Shown one piece after another: positions 30,179 through 49,813 of a stretch of DNA of 64,000 nt. Position 1 is the stretch's first letter; each line of letters opens with the position of its first letter. A program made the position numbers and the translations under genes. Below the pieces are notes generated by a model that did not search any database, was not told the DNA's origin, and was given only the letters and a program-made list of their open reading frames with translations. Origin of the DNA: the human T2T-CHM13v2.0 reference genome, Homo sapiens; contig CP068257.2 of NCBI GenBank assembly GCA_009914755.4, positions 41,216,001 through 41,280,000 on the forward strand, in the 5' to 3' direction.

Positions 30179-30465
30179 GCCCAGCATGGTGGCTCTCGCC
30201 TATAATCCCAGTGGGCGGAAGTGGGTGGATCGCTTGAGGTCAAAAGTTTGAGACCAGCCTGGCCAAGCTGGCAAAACCCCATCACTACAAAAGTATAAAA
30301 AATTAGCGGGGCATGGTGGTGTGTGCCTGTAATCCTAGCTACTCGGGAGGCCTGAAGTGGGAGGATTGCTTGAGCCCGGGAGGCAGAGGCTGCAGTGAAC
30401 CGAGATCACGCCACTGCACTCCAGACTGGGAGACAGAGCAAGACTCTGTCTCAAAAAAAATAAGA
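30179..30465 (+). mobile_element. Alu, forward (WDR4 intron 6)
   Basis: ggcccagcatggtggctctcgcctataatcccagtgggcggaagtgggtggatcgcttgaggtc ... gactctgtctcaaaaaaaa. Confidence 0.9.
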
Positions 30466-31494
30466 ATCAGAGCATTAAAGTGGTTCAACTAACACAAGCT
30501 TTAGAAAAAGTGAGCAAGAGGCAGGGGTAGAGAACAGAAGGTAATCATGTAAGAAAATGCCCCAGGTGGGAGGACACTGAAAATCACTGGCTGTGTGGCC
30601 AACTCCCCTCTGGGGCCCACCAAGTCACCTCAGTGGCTTTCACATCGCACACTGGAGCAGAGAAAGTCCTCCAGGCAGAAGGAGAGCCCAGCTGTCACCC
30701 CACGGACCCACGGCAGACAGCTGCAGGTTTCTACAGGAAGCGCGCGGGAAAACCCACAGGAGCAACCAGCTGGAGAGCACACTGTGCAAGGCCTCCCAAG
30801 CTCCGAGGGAAACCGTTTCAACCAGGACTTCTACGCCAAACTAACAACCAGGCCTCAAAGGAGATTAAAGGTATTTCCAGAAAAGCAAAGTCAGAAAACA
30901 CTGACCCTCCTCGCGCCTTTTGGCAGCTACCAGATGACGTGTTCCACTCAAACAAAGCAGTAAGCCATGAGGGACAGATGGGGCCTGGGGAGGCTTCTCT
31001 GCCCGTGGAAGATTTTCCTCATATTATGAAAAAGACTGGAAGGTGCACAACAAACCGCTGACGAAGCCTGACCCTGACCCTGACCCTCTGGAGATTATGG
31101 CCACACTTTTCTTCTTCTCTCAGGTCGCGTGGCTGTGTGTTAATTTGAAGAGCAGGAACAGGAGGCTGTGAATGAAGCCCAATCAGAGAAGAAACATAGA
31201 AGCGGCCAGAAGGTCCATCAGCCATCCTGCCACACCACACAAAGGACCAACACAGACAACACAGGGAAGGACAGCGAAGAGGAAGGTGGTGGTGTGCGGG
31301 CAACAATTCCGCAAGAGGACAGAATCAGACCCTGTGAGGAATCCAAGGCCCTCACTTTGGCAAAATCACTAACAATCCTTCTAACACATTCCTTAGAGAA
31401 AACACGTCTCTCATCACTAAACTGTAAGGCTTCCAGGACCCAATTGCTGGGACACAGAAGCTGTACCCAACAAGCAAAAATGCACTGTGGTAAC

Positions 31495-31650
31495 CCGGGT
31501 GCGGGCGCTCGAGCCTGTGGTCCCAGCTACTTGGGAGGCCAAGGAGGCAGATCGCTTGAGCCCAGGAGTTTGAAACCAGCCTGAAAAATGTAGCAACACC
31601 CCATCTTAAAAAAAAAGAAAGAAAGAAAAAAAGGAAAGAAAAGGAAAAAA
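31495..31650 (+). mobile_element. Alu-derived fragment followed by A/GAAA-rich tail
   Basis: cccgggtgcgggcgctcgagcctgtggtcccagctacttgggaggccaaggaggcagatcgcttgagcccaggagtttgaaaccagcctg...aaaaaaaaagaaagaaagaaaaaaaggaaagaaaaggaaaaaaaa. Confidence 0.7.
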
Positions 31651-32022
31651 AATGCAGCCCATAATGGGATGGACTGAGACCCCTCCAAGAGTCAGAGAAG
31701 CCCCCGTCTACTGTTTCTACCTGAGATCCTGATCCCCGATACCATCGTAGATGCAGCAGCCGCCCTCAGAAGGGAGCCTTCCACACACCCGTGCTAGTTC
31801 ATCCCACAGGCGAACACACACGCACCTACGCACACCCCACACGCAGTCCTGAGTGAGCGGCCGCAGGCGGGGAGCGAGCCGCAGGCAGCTCTAAGATCTA
31901 GTGGACAGCCACAGCCAGCCAGGGGCCAGCGATCCACAGGGGCCAGGTCCAGGAGGCGCCCACCCCACCCTCCCTGCAGGCTCAAGAATCCAGAGGTGAG
32001 TGACGCTGGGCAGAACACTTAC

Positions 32023-32083
32023 CCCAGAGGAGGACAGAAGCAGCCCGGGCTGAGTTGGCACCACGGAGATACGGCTCACAAAC
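32023..32083 (-). CDS. WDR4: WDR4 coding exon 6
   Basis: ctcacag|GTTTGTGAGCCGTATCTCC...TCCTCTGGG|gtaagt; encodes (E)FVSRISVVPTQPGLLLSSSG; anchored on ORF 31891..32079(-). Confidence 0.9.
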
Positions 32084-32232
32084 CTGTGAGGGCGAGAGGG
32101 AGCGGCAGAGTCAGCGAGCCCAGCGCCCGCAGGGACCGGGAGGCCTGGGGAGGCCGCCTGTTCATCTAAGGAAGAGAAGCCTCTGCCCTAAACCCCCTGA
32201 TCCAATAAAAACAGCCAACATGGGAAGTAGCT

Positions 32233-32262
32233 GTTAACCCTAACCTGGTTAGGGTTAACCAG
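32233..32262. repeat. perfect palindrome containing telomere-like TTAGGG/CCCTAA hexamers
   Basis: gttaaccctaacctggttagggttaacc (arms ggttaaccctaacc / ggttagggttaacc). Confidence 0.8.
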
Positions 32263-33398
32263 GTGGAGGCCCCTGGACGCAGTCGGGGAGGTGAGTGAGG
32301 TCATTCCTGGGTCCCCAACAGCACAGCAACCTCTAACCCAGGCCGCTCCTCAGCCATGCCTGCCAGAGACCCAAGCGCCTCTGTGCCCCTCTGCAGCCCC
32401 CTCTGCAGCAGCTCTGCTCAGCGGCACCTCTACAGGCCCCCCAGCACCCACCCTGGCCCAAGGCACCTGCACTGTGATGAAAGGAGCCTTGGGGGAGACT
32501 CAAAGACACGGGGGAGACTCAAAGACACAGCACACAGGGAGGAGGGTGGAGGGAGGAGGGCAGCCAAGCCCACAGGTTCCTATCAGGGTCCTGACGGCCC
32601 CTCAGCAACAACTCTGAGTGACCTGGCCAGACAGCTGTCTCTGCTGAGCCCGGCCCAGTCCTCCTGTGAGGGGTTGGCCTGCAAGCACAGGACTCAAAGT
32701 CACAGGGACCCTCCCATCAGAACAGCCATGAAGAATAACCCAAGCAGCCCAGCTCGCCTGGAAACCCATCTTGGCTCGGGCACCTACAAGGGTGACAAGG
32801 CCCCTTTTCTTCCCACTCTAACACAGTGGCCTCAAGCAATCCCTCATGCACGGGGTTCCCGGGGACCCTGGAATGGGGTGGCCCGTGAGCCTCACTCCAT
32901 CTCCACCAGTCATGGCCTCTGCTACCTTGGGCTAGCCATCGCGTGAGCCGGGCCCAGTCCCGCAGCCACCGCCCTGCACGGCACCACAGCACCAACAGCA
33001 GCCCACAGCCCAGGACAGATAGGGCACAGGACGCCCCGTGCAGAGGGCACGAGTGGCCTCACAGTTCTCAACGGTTTGAAAGGCCGGGAAACCAGTTTCC
33101 AGGGGTCTGAAACAAAATCTCAAAACATAATTCGTCCAATCACTGCAGTTATCTACTGAGCACCTACTCATGCCAGGCACCACGCTGAGGGCTGCACACA
33201 CCAACAGGCCCAACAGACCCACAGAACCACTCAGACGCAGCGGGAGACGGCCAGTGAACCAACCGATACTGCAATGTCAGCAAAGGGCACAGAACAGCAC
33301 ATCCAGCAGAAACACACCTCCAGCCACACACAGGGGCCACGGGGCTTTGTTTTCAATTTGCCAGCCACTATGTTGAAAAGTAAACGGGCAGGCCGGGC

Positions 33399-33824
<426 letters not shown>

Positions 33825-34641
33825 TCAGCAGAAACCTCCCTCACGTGCCTGGCGAGGCAAGGGAGCTGCAGAGACCCCAGCGAGAGATGGTGAAGGGGAG
33901 GGGCCGGGGGGCTGCAGGCCAGAGAACTCCAGAGCTGGATCACTAGCGAACTAAATGCAAGTCAGAAGAAGCTATCCTGAGGCACACACCAGTGACTGGC
34001 CTTCTTAAACAGGAAATGTTTGGATCAAAACCAGGAAAACACAGGCAACCTCGGCACTGAATTTCCTCCCTCCAATTTCTTCCACTGCCTCAAATAATAT
34101 ATTTTAAAACATTTCAGCCAATTACACTAAGCGTTTTTCCTTTGTGTAAATTCTAATGAGCTTTTTGTGTGAGACAGAAGCGGGCATTCAGAAACACCTC
34201 CACATGGGTCCTGGCAGAGTGTGCTGCCACGAGAGACGCCGCCACCTGGCTGCAGAGGCCGCTTAATTCTTGGACAGCTGAAATCACTAAAGTTCATCCT
34301 CGCCCCCAACACCCCCACCACCCACCAGCGAACAACTCCCGGGCATGGTGCAGGGGTCTCCACACTGAGACAGGGGTTTCCCGGAAACAAGCCCTTCCTG
34401 TTCGGTCAGGCCCAATGCCAAGTTACTGGCACAGACTCCGGGTAACAGCGCAGAGTGAACCCCACCCTTTCAGGGCTTCTGCAGGCAGCACCACGGCGCC
34501 TGCAGTGACCAAACACCAAGCACGGGGGCTGCTGTCACCCGCGTGGGGCCTCGCCAGCTACAACGGCACCTGCTGAGCCGCAAGCTGACGCTGTTTTCAA
34601 ACAGACCTTCTTTCTGCTGGAGGGGCAGGAAGGGGCACTCA

Positions 34642-34929
<288 letters not shown>

Positions 34930-35791
34930 TCATTCTCCCTCCCCAGAGGGTCCCTGGCCACCTCTAGCCCTCACTCCTCAGTGCTAGAGCAGGCTTCTGG
35001 GGTGGGGCAGTGCCACCCCTGCCTGCCTGTCTCCCGCACCTTGGCAAATCCAGGCCCCACGCCCATTTCCACCCGCCGCAGGCCTGCTGCACCCTCCTGC
35101 CCAACACTGGGTTGCCTTCCTGTCACACATGTCCCCACACCCATCTGTCACCAAGTCCCAGTGAGGTTCCCTTTGATACCCCACACTCGCCATTGTTCCT
35201 GACTGTCCCTGTGTGCGTCCAATCCCAGCTCCACCACCCGGGCTGTGGGCCTGCGCCCTCTGGGGCTCCAGGTGTGTGTCTGTGACACACGGGGCACACA
35301 GAGTGGGGTGACAGGGGCTGCTGGGAGCAGTGCTGAGGTGATGCTCCTACAGCACCTGGCACAGCTCCCGGCCAAGGAGGCGGAGCCAGAGGCTCGTGGC
35401 TGCACCTGCTCCTCCCACACCTTCACTTCCAACCTGGGGCCACCTACTGGCCACCTCCTGTCTCACTTGCCTTCTTCATTCTCCCTGCTGTCTGCTCCAC
35501 CTTCCTAAATCCTGTTCCCACCACTCCCCTGCTCCCAAATCTGCAGAGGGCTGTCCCTGCTACGGGGGAGCCCCACTCTCCCCACCAAACGCTGGGGCAC
35601 AGACCGGGCAGACGTTGATTCAGCCTGTACCCCACATACCATGTCCCCCACGTACTGCGTCTAACAGCATGGACAGGTGCCTGAGCCTTGACAGGGTAGA
35701 CATTGACTCAGCGTATGCCCCACGTGCCACGTCCCCCATGTACCGTGTCCCACACCTGCCATGTCCCCCACCTACCACGTCCCCCACCTAC

Positions 35792-35948
35792 CACATCTAA
35801 CAGCATAGACAGGTGCCCCAGCTCTAGACGGCCACACCCGTGTGGCTCCAGCACCGAAAAGGAGTAGACGTCTCCAGACTTGTCGGCCACCAAGACCTTC
35901 TCCTCCGAGGCTATGAAAGTCAGGGCTGTACACCTCCTTGCCACGGTC
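35792..35948 (-). CDS. WDR4: WDR4 coding exon 4
   Basis: ttctag|GACCGTGGCAAGGAGGTGTACA...CTGTTAGATGTG|gtaggt; encodes (R)[52 protein letters not shown]; anchored on ORF 35708..36226(-). Confidence 0.9.
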
Positions 35949-36177
35949 CTAGAAGGCCAGAAAGACACCCCCATTAGCTTCCAGGAGCAGCGCAGGGTCC
36001 TCGACAGCCTGGCAGGCCACGTGGGCGGTGGCAGGCACCGGTACCTGGCCATATGCTCTGTTTTCCAGCTGCTGAAGGTGGTGCCAAAAAAATTAAGCAA
36101 TGCTAACAACTGGAACAAAGCCAATGCCTTCGACAAATTTACTTTCACAACGTTTTTCTTTAAGAAAATTGCTCCTA

Positions 36178-36490
<313 letters not shown>

Positions 36491-39401
36491 AGAAAATTGC
36501 TCCTGATGGTGGGATCTAGGTGGTGGATAAATGCGTGACAAAATCCTCAACTTTCCTGTGTGTTTGAAAACTGTCATCAAGAAATGGGGGAATGGTTCCT
36601 TAACCCCAGAGTCTTCATCATGCATCGAGGGAGACAACGGCCCTCTCCATAAACGCTGAGTGTGCTGGGGGCCACTGTCAAGGACAAAGGCAGGCACCAG
36701 TCTCCAGGGCCCCCCAGCCTTGCCGCTCCCCTGACCCACACTGACCCCTGCTGCTCGTTCTGCTGCGTCGAACCAGGAGCCTCAGACAGAGAGCCGTGCC
36801 CCATGCCCTGCAGAGGGATGGAGGGGCCTGGCCACCCTCAGGGCAGGACCCAGCCCAGGGCAGCAGTGAGGCAGCACCCTACCCTCCTCGGGAGGAAGCT
36901 CGGTTATCCAGCGTGTGAGAGGCCTGCGCTCCCCCCAGTCCACATCCACATCAGCACATCCATGAATCCAACCCCGACCCAGAGTCATGGATGCACCAGA
37001 GTTCCGGATGCAGCACGTTTGCACACTGCTTCAGTAAGAACCAAAGTCACAGTTCGCTCCCTCTCCTTCGCCAGGGCTCAGGGCTACACTACTTCCTGGG
37101 GCTCTCATTTCCACATCATTTCTACTGGAATCGTCCCGTATTTATGTCCTCTCCACAAGGCAGGGACCCATATGTTCTATTTTACATAGATATGAGTTGT
37201 AGCACAGCTTCCCACACACGCAGTTAGCCACAGGGCCTCACTACAGAACAGCAGCCAGCCCTGCTTCCCCACCCCCAGGGCTGTGGCAGCACACACTGCC
37301 CAATACGCAGCCAACACCAGGCAGACAAGTACAGGGCGCCCGGCCCACTGCGGCTGGAAATTGAGATGGAAGCTTCAGGAACGCTGTCCTCAATGAGGCC
37401 CCTATGTTTCTCTCAGGGGCAGAGGGACTAAAAGACAGAAAAGGGCAGGCAGGACCTTTGGGCCACACCCCAGGCTGGAAGCAGCATCCCTCCTCCTCCC
37501 TCACAGCTGTGCAGCAGAGCTGCAGAAGGGAGGCAGAAGGGAAGTATAACGGGGTAAACACAGAGAAAACAAGGACAAAGAAAGATAATTACGCTCTGGG
37601 GCAAGATTAATCAGAATTCTCAGGGTGCACTGCAATTTAAACAAACAGCCCTGCACTGCACCAGCGACACAGCCCCCAATGTCCGATGGGCTCATTAAGC
37701 AGCTGCCACAAACACGACCATGGTGGCACAGAGGAGCAGCCCAAGAGGATGCCACAGGGAGGGGGGATGGACTTGGACTCACAGGGCGCTCATCCCCCCA
37801 GCCTGGCTGGAAGGCGTGTGGCACAGATGGCCCCCGACACCGTGCCTCCTGCCCAGCTCAGCAGAGGGCACTGCTCCGCGTCCCTTTGTCCTGCCCCAGC
37901 CGGAGGCTCCCAGCCTCTCCAGCTGGGCTTATCCTGGCACCGATTCTAGGACGCAGCGGAGCCTTACTCGCAGGCTTGGGTGCTAGGATCCAAGGGAGGT
38001 CACAGAATGGGGCAGGTCACTGGACCAATGGCAAGCCGGCCTGTCACCCTAGCTGAGGCACAACCCCGCCCGCCCTCCAACCCCCAGCCTGTGCAGGGTC
38101 TCGGGTCTCGGGTCTCAGCACTCCCTCCACAGTCACTGGGTTCAGGGCCCAGAGACCAGCAGAACCTAGCAAGTAACCACCCATCTCCACACCCTCCGTT
38201 CTCTGCCAGGAGTCGAGTGGCTGAGCCCTGAACTCCCAGACTGAGTTGGCACTGCCCCAAGCCCCCCTCCAGAGAGCCGCCTGGGCAGCCCCAACAGGGC
38301 ACTGAGGACACCAGGCACCATCCACACCCACACTCCAGCAGCCAGGCGCTCTCTCTCCACCCCCTGGGCAGAGCGAATCAGATGGTTCTCTGGCTCTGCC
38401 TTTCCCACATGCTGCCGTGGCTCTCACAGTCGTTTTCGGAAACACAGACTCCACTGGGAGGATTTCTCCCTCATAAACACACATGTCAAAATCAATGTAT
38501 CACTCGTCACCCTGTGTCCTCATCTTCGGCTTGGAAAACCTGGCCTCAGTCCCTCGGGCCAAGAGTCTCCTGACTGCCCAGGTGGCAGGCCCTCCGTCCC
38601 TTGCGGTTCTAAACTGCTACCTGGGAAAGAATCGTTGCTGCCCACAACTTCCATCTTGGCTACGCCTCAAAACCCTTCAACAGGAAGCTTCCCAGCAGCA
38701 GCACAGTAACAAAGCAACCATGGGACAGAGCCTAGGGTCTCGCCCAGCTCAGGGGCATCCTGCAGTGGTGCAGGGCCTCAGTGAAATGCAGAGAGGCTAG
38801 GAGTACATGGAACCTCTAAAACTGAACGGAGGTGGATGTGCTAAGCGTGGGCGGTTTTCTGGGGAGAGGGTGCATCAGATCTAAGAGTCTGAGATCTAAG
38901 AGGCATAAAAAGCCTCCAGGTGTGGGGAGCAGCCCCCATGTTTGCGGACCAGCCACAGGGTGCTGCCTGCCAGCTCAGCATGGTTCCACTCACCCTAGTC
39001 CTCTCCTTGAAAGCAGCTCCTGATAAAACTCACCCTATGCCCCTCTCCCTGCCCCACTCGCATCCCCCAAACCTACTCCTCCTGCCACAATAATCCCCTC
39101 CAATTTCTCACTGAGAGAAAGGGTAACAATTTCACTCCACCCGATGCTGAAAAGTTCACAAACCCACAATTCTAAAGGAATTTTAAAAAGATTATTGAGG
39201 AATTTGCCAAGAGATGTTGAAAGTGGCAGTAACTTCACAACTGTACCCACTGTCCTGCAGTTCAACTAGAGAAAGGGGAGGCAGCAAGGCGTGCCCTACA
39301 CCAAGGTCAGGAGAAACCCCAAGCCACACCATCGAGGCGGGATTTTGTAATCTGCTGCCTGGACTGCATCAAATCACATGGTCCATCTTCCACACCACCT
39401 A

Positions 39402-40070
<669 letters not shown>

Positions 40071-40080
40071 GGACTTGTGC

Positions 40081-40240
<160 letters not shown>

Positions 40241-42078
40241 TAAAGAGAATCACACCAGCACACAACCTTCAAAAGACGAGTCAACACAGCAAGACATCTC
40301 CCTCTTGGCAAAGCACCTACAACCAAGGATGAAGAGGCCCCCCACCCGCCCAGCCTGCAGCGGTATCTGCATCCACCACGAGTCCCAACTCATGGAGCTC
40401 TCAACCTCAAATGACCTCCTCCAAGAAGCCAACTGCCACAGGCAACCACATTGAGTGGAGAGAATTCTAGATTCCTCCCTCCTCTGGGCCATGCACGATG
40501 CCAGGAGCAGAGGCCCCGTCCCTCTGGAGGAGTCAGAACCCCTGGAGGAGCCCTGGGCCTCCGCGCTTCCATCAGGGTGAAGAAGCTCCACTGTTAGGAA
40601 CCAGGACACAGCGGGCAGGCAGACTGGACATCCCCTCTCTCCCAAGTTCAAAGTGAGACACTACCTCTGGACAGCAAGCTCACATTGAAGTAAGGTGACA
40701 TTCCACCCACGTCTCCATCTTTCTGGCAACCTCAGAACTTCACAGCCGCAGCACTGTCCAGACTTGAAAGAGTCAGCGTCTTCAAGACACGAGTGAGCTC
40801 CCTGCCCGCTCACCCCCACCACCAGCCAGGCCTACGGCACACACGGCCAGACCCAGCCTCCCCTACCCTCTGCAGGCAGTGGCTACTCCTCAAATGGTGT
40901 CTGGTACCAGACATCAAAAGCCTTGGCACAGGGTACACCCTCTGCATAGTGAAGAATTAACCTTGCCTTTGGCCTCATCTCCAAGAGTAGGGGCCTTGGG
41001 CCCCACAGGCAGCCTAAGTACGTGATTTAGGGCAGGGGCCTGGGGCCACAAGGTGTCCACTCCACCTCTGGAGGGGCTGGGAACTAAAAGTCAGCCACCC
41101 CCACAGCATGTGATCAACCCCAAGGAAACCGCTGGACACCAAGGCTTGGGAAGCTTCGCCGTGTCTGTTGTCACACATTGGTGCCAGTAAACCCACACTG
41201 TCCACACCTCTGCTGTCCCAGTTGCTCTGGCTCAAACTTCCCGAAGTTTAAAGGCAGGAAGAGGTACAAGGAAACACTAGCATTTGAGCAGTGGAACAGT
41301 GCAAACAATGTAACAACTCAGCTACAGGGAATGACACAGTGTTGTCAACACTGCCCTGGCGGGGGGGAACAGGCTATAGGCTAGCACATGCCACCACTAC
41401 AGTGTAACACATGCAAATCCTGTAATCCATCTGCAGAGAGGAGGAGGAGGGCCTGGCCCCAGTGCTCATCCCATACTCTGGCTCTGGGTGGTGAAATTCA
41501 GGGTGGTTTTTGTTCTTGCTCTCATTTTGTACTTCTCAGTGGTTTCCAATTTTCTGTACGGACCAAAACCAAAGGATAAAAAAGGCAAAAGGTAGCATGA
41601 GAGGACACCGAACTGTACTCCAGGGGAAGCAGACAAGTGAGAATTCACTCCCAACTTCTACAACCCCACTCACCATAGCTGAACGGGAACCCACACATTC
41701 CACTGTTGTCTAAGTAACTGGATCACGTCTGAGATCCGTGTACACATCGGCACGTGGATCTCAGCTCTGCACTTGTTCTTGACCCCAGGGCTTTGAAGTT
41801 TTGTCAGCTAAGGCAAGGGTATTGGAAAATGCTAATCCAGTCTCAGTGGTTACCGGTGCAGCTCACCTTACACACCTGTGCCACAGAAAGGCCGTGTGAG
41901 AAAGGCCATGTTGAGAGCCACACTTTGGGAGATGGGCTTATTTTGTAAAACTAAAGTGTCCAAATATAAAGAGCTCCTACAAATAAACAACACCCCAATG
42001 GAAAAACATAGGATATGGAAAAAAAAAAAGTTTACAAAACACAAATGATTCTTAAGTATATAAAGAGTTGCTCTTCTG

Positions 42079-42403
<325 letters not shown>

Positions 42404-42420
42404 TCAAGAAAACTGCTGTA

Positions 42421-42722
<302 letters not shown>

Positions 42723-42857
42723 CACAGAGCATATGGCCTAGCCCAGATGAAATGAATCACAAAGTCTGTGCTTTCACAAGACACCCAAGCGGCTCTTGTG
42801 CACTATGCCTATGCCAGAGCTCAGCCAGGGCCTTTACTTTAGGAAAAGAATTACCAG

Positions 42858-43173
<316 letters not shown>

Positions 43174-44339
43174 TTAGATCATTTCATTTTTAACTTTTGG
43201 GAGTCAAAGCCCCCTTTGAGAATCTCATGTGAATTATGAAAGCTCTCTACAGCAGCCAGTGTCCGAAAGGCAAAATGAACTGTTATGTGCTTAACTGAAT
43301 CCTCCAAACCACAACTCCTATGTTGAAGCCCTGACCTACCTAGGACCTCAGAATGTAACTGTATTTGGATAGGACCTTTACAGAGGTGAAACAGAGGTCA
43401 TTGGGATAGCCCTGACCCCATCTGACCAGTGTCCTTTCAGGAACAGGAAATGAGGACATAGACACAAAAGGACGACTCTGTGAGGACATAGGGAGAAGAC
43501 GCCATCAGCAAGCCAAGGAGAGAGGCCTCAGAGGAACCAGCCCTGTCCTGCCAGCCCCTTGATCTTGGTTTTCCAGCCCCTACAACTGTGAGAAAATTGT
43601 TATTTAAGGCCCCTAGTCTGTGGTATCTTGTTGGGCAGCCCAAGCAGACTAGGACAACTACTATCTTCTTTCAACACTGAGAGGTGAAAACCTGTCCATC
43701 CCTCCTTCCCACAGGTTGTCCAAGAAACCCAAAGTCAAGGCCAACCTACTAGAAAGCCCCTGCCACCTGCAGAGATCCCTGTGGAGGGGCTCAGAGCAGG
43801 ACACCTCAAGGCCACCTTGAGGCATTCACCCTGAATCCTGAAAACACTTCCCATCTTCTCTATTCTAGGTCCTAAATGACTTACTCATGTGGCTATCTTA
43901 GCAAGAGGATGCCGTTCACAGGCCTTTCAAGATAAAGATGACGCGATCCACAGCAGTCAGGTGGAAGCAGCCATTTATTATCAGTTATAACTCAGACATG
44001 TAGGGACATGCATTTAAAAGTCATTTTCCTACTGGGAAACCATCACTGCCTATGGGAAAGGAGCCAGAAGGTGGGTAAGAAGGGAGACTGACGCATACTC
44101 TTTGGTTTAATTTTGTTGTGTTTTAAGTTTTTAAACCATGTGCATCTATTACCTACCTGATACACAAAGACACAAAAACATATTGTAAATCACATATACA
44201 TAAAAACATATATAGTAAAACCCGTATACACAAAAACACATAGAGTAGAAATGATGCAGCGTTTCAGGGCTTTCTTTTTAACCTGACTGGAAGAGAGGAC
44301 AGAGCAGGCATTCATTGCTTTTGATGCCACCTAGAATTT

Positions 44340-44638
<299 letters not shown>

Positions 44639-44679
44639 TGAATTTGGGTTTTTACTCTTCTCTTTGAAAATAAGATGAG

Positions 44680-45300
<621 letters not shown>

Positions 45301-45877
45301 AAAGGAGGAATAGGGAAGGCAGAAGAACCTTTCCGGACTTTGCTAAGTAAGAGGGCAAGGCATAGCGATATCTCCCGTTCTTGCCAGAGTTACTGGCCTC
45401 CCCATCCCCACGGATCCACTCCCCATCCACTCTTCAGATACTCAGACATATGTGCACTAAACCCACCTAGCTTAATACTATGGTACAGACCCCTCAACAG
45501 ACCCCAAATCCCTATCACTCTCCAGGGCAGGCTCACAGCCTTGTTCCTGCTAATCACAAGGACAGAGGACTGCCCTGGAAAACAGGGGCACCAACACTGT
45601 AGGTGGAGGGACCAGCAGCAGGGCCCGGCTCTGTCTTCCGAGCCCACTGATCGGAGTCTGCTACCTAACTGTTCACCACCCAGCGTGGGACAGAACAGCA
45701 CCCCTGCACCCTCCCAGAACTGCCGTGAGGATCAGATCAGCCAACACACATGTGGCACTGAAAGTGGTGTCTGGCACTGAACTGCGGCTCCGTGTCAACC
45801 ACTTATCACCCTTATCACCATGTTATGGTCACTATTGCTACAGGCATGCAAGGATAAGGTGTGCATTCGACATCTTA

Positions 45878-46078
<201 letters not shown>

Positions 46079-46427
46079 CTAAGGAAATAAGGCTGCATTC
46101 CTTGTTGGCCAGCGTGGTAATTTCTAACATGGGAGGAGGTAGAAACTGTTAAGGGGATCACGTAGCCAAAATACAGACATATTAAAGGGACATGGGGAAG
46201 TTCAAAACAGCTCTAATTTTATCAGCATGAAGCCTAACTAAACAGAAAATCTCCCAGCATACATGCCAGAACCCAGAGAGCTAAGCTGGAAGAACCCTCA
46301 ATGACACATGGCCCTCTTCCTCATGGGCAAGGACTAACCCAAGGCTAGAGGCAGGGATAAACTCACATTAACAATACTAATAACAGGCCAGGTATGGTAG
46401 CTCAGACCTATAATCTCAGCACTTTGG

Positions 46428-47513
46428 TGTTGCGAGAAGTCAGGGACCCCAAACGGAGGGACCAGCTGAAGCCATGGCAGAAGAATGTGGATTGTGAAGA
46501 TTTCATGGACATTTATTAGTTCCCCAAATTAATACTTTTATAATTTCTTATGCCTGTCTTTACTGCAATCCCTAAACATAAATTGTGAAGATTTCATAGA
46601 CACTTATCACTTCCCCAGTCAATACCCTTGTGATTTCCTATGCCTGTCTTTACTTTAATCTCTTAATCCTGTCAGCCGAGGAGGATGTATGTCACCTCGG
46701 GACCCTGTGATAATTGCGTTGACTGCACAAATTGTAGAGCATGTGTGTTTGAACAATATGAAATCTGGGCACCTTGAAAAAGAATAGGATAACAGCAATG
46801 TTCAGGGAACAAGAGAGATAACCTTAAACTCTGACCGCTGGTGAGCCAGGCGGAACAGAGCCATATTTCTCTTCCTTCAAAAGCAAATGGGAGATATATA
46901 GCTGAATTCTTTTTCTCAGCAAGGAACATCCCTGAGAAAGAGAATGCGCCCCTGAGGGTGGGCCTCTGAAATGGCCCCCTTGGGTGTGGCCGTCTTCTGG
47001 TTGAGACTGTAGGGATGAAATAAGCCCCAGTCTCCCATAGCGCTCCCAGGCTTACTAGGATGAGGAGATTCCCGCCTAATAAATTTTGGTCAGACCGGTT
47101 ACTCTCAAACCCTGTCTCCTGATAAGATGTTATCAATGACAATGGTGCCCGAAACTTATTAGCAATTTTAATTTTGCCCCGGTCCTGTGGTCCTGCAATC
47201 TCGCCCTGCCTCCATTTGCCTCGTGATATTCTATTACCTTGTGAAGCACGTGATCTCTGTGACCCACACCTATTCGTACACTCCCTCCCCTTCTGAAAAT
47301 CCCTAATAAAAACTTGCTGGTTTTACGGCTCAGGAGGCATCACGGAACCTACCGACATGTGATGTCTCCCCCGGACGCCCAGCTTTAAAATTTCTCTCTT
47401 TTGTACTCTGTCCCTTTATTTCTCAAACCGGCCGACGCTTAGGGAAAATTGAAAAGAACCTACGTGAAATATCGGGGGTGAATTTTGCCCAATATCTGGC
47501 TGAATTTCCCCCA
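46428..47513 (+). mobile_element. solo LTR of HERV9 (LTR12 family), about 1.09 kb, forward; in WDR4 intron 2, antisense to WDR4
   Basis: starts tgttgcgagaagtcagggacccc; internal tandem about 70-bp U3 repeats (...tgtgaagatttcatggacatttattagttcccc... / ...tgtgaagatttcatagacacttatcacttcccc...); 3' part ...cctaataaaaacttgctggttttacggctcaggaggcatcacgg...cccccggacgcccagctttaaaatttctctcttttgtactctgtccctttatttctcaaaccggccgacgcttagggaaaattgaaaagaacctacgtgaaatatcgggggtgaattttgccc; flanked by ACTTTGG on both sides (apparent TSD inside host Alu). Confidence 0.8.
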
Positions 47514-47617
47514 ATACTTTGGGAGGACAAGGCGAGAGGATCGCTTGAGCTCAGGAGTTCAAGACCAGCCTGGGTAACATGGCGAAACCACGTCTCTACA
47601 AAAAACTACAAAAATTA

Positions 47618-47916
<299 letters not shown>

Positions 47917-48229
47917 AGGTATGTTGGCATGTGCCTGTAGTCCCAGGTACTTAGGGGGATGAGGCGGGAGATCACTTGAACCCAGGAGGTCGAGGCTGCA
48001 GGGAGTTATGTTTGTGCAACTGCACTCCAACCGGGATAACAGAGAGACCCTGTCTCAAAAAATAATAATAACGATAAAACAAACTGAGCCACAATACCAA
48101 TGATAACTAAAGAAAGCCACCATACGAAACACTCACATGCTCTACTTTTATATCTCAATTAGCTGAAGTTAACTTCCTACACCCGCCTTCAACCATTATT
48201 TCAAGGAGCCAGTAAGATGTGATTACTGA

Positions 48230-48897
<668 letters not shown>

Positions 48898-49071
48898 TAA
48901 TGCCTAACCTAAAAGTTACTTTTACATGTCTCTCCTGAGGTGCTACTTATCTGCACCACTGTGTGACAGAAGCTAAGAATTCAGCAAGTAGGACAACAAT
49001 TGCTTCTTAGACCCTCTGGTCCCATTATCGAACCATTAAAGCAGGCCCTGAAAAAGCTTCCCCACATCTCA

Positions 49072-49170
<99 letters not shown>

Positions 49171-49197
49171 TTATCATTAGAGAGAAATAACAAAATT

Positions 49198-49813
<616 letters not shown>

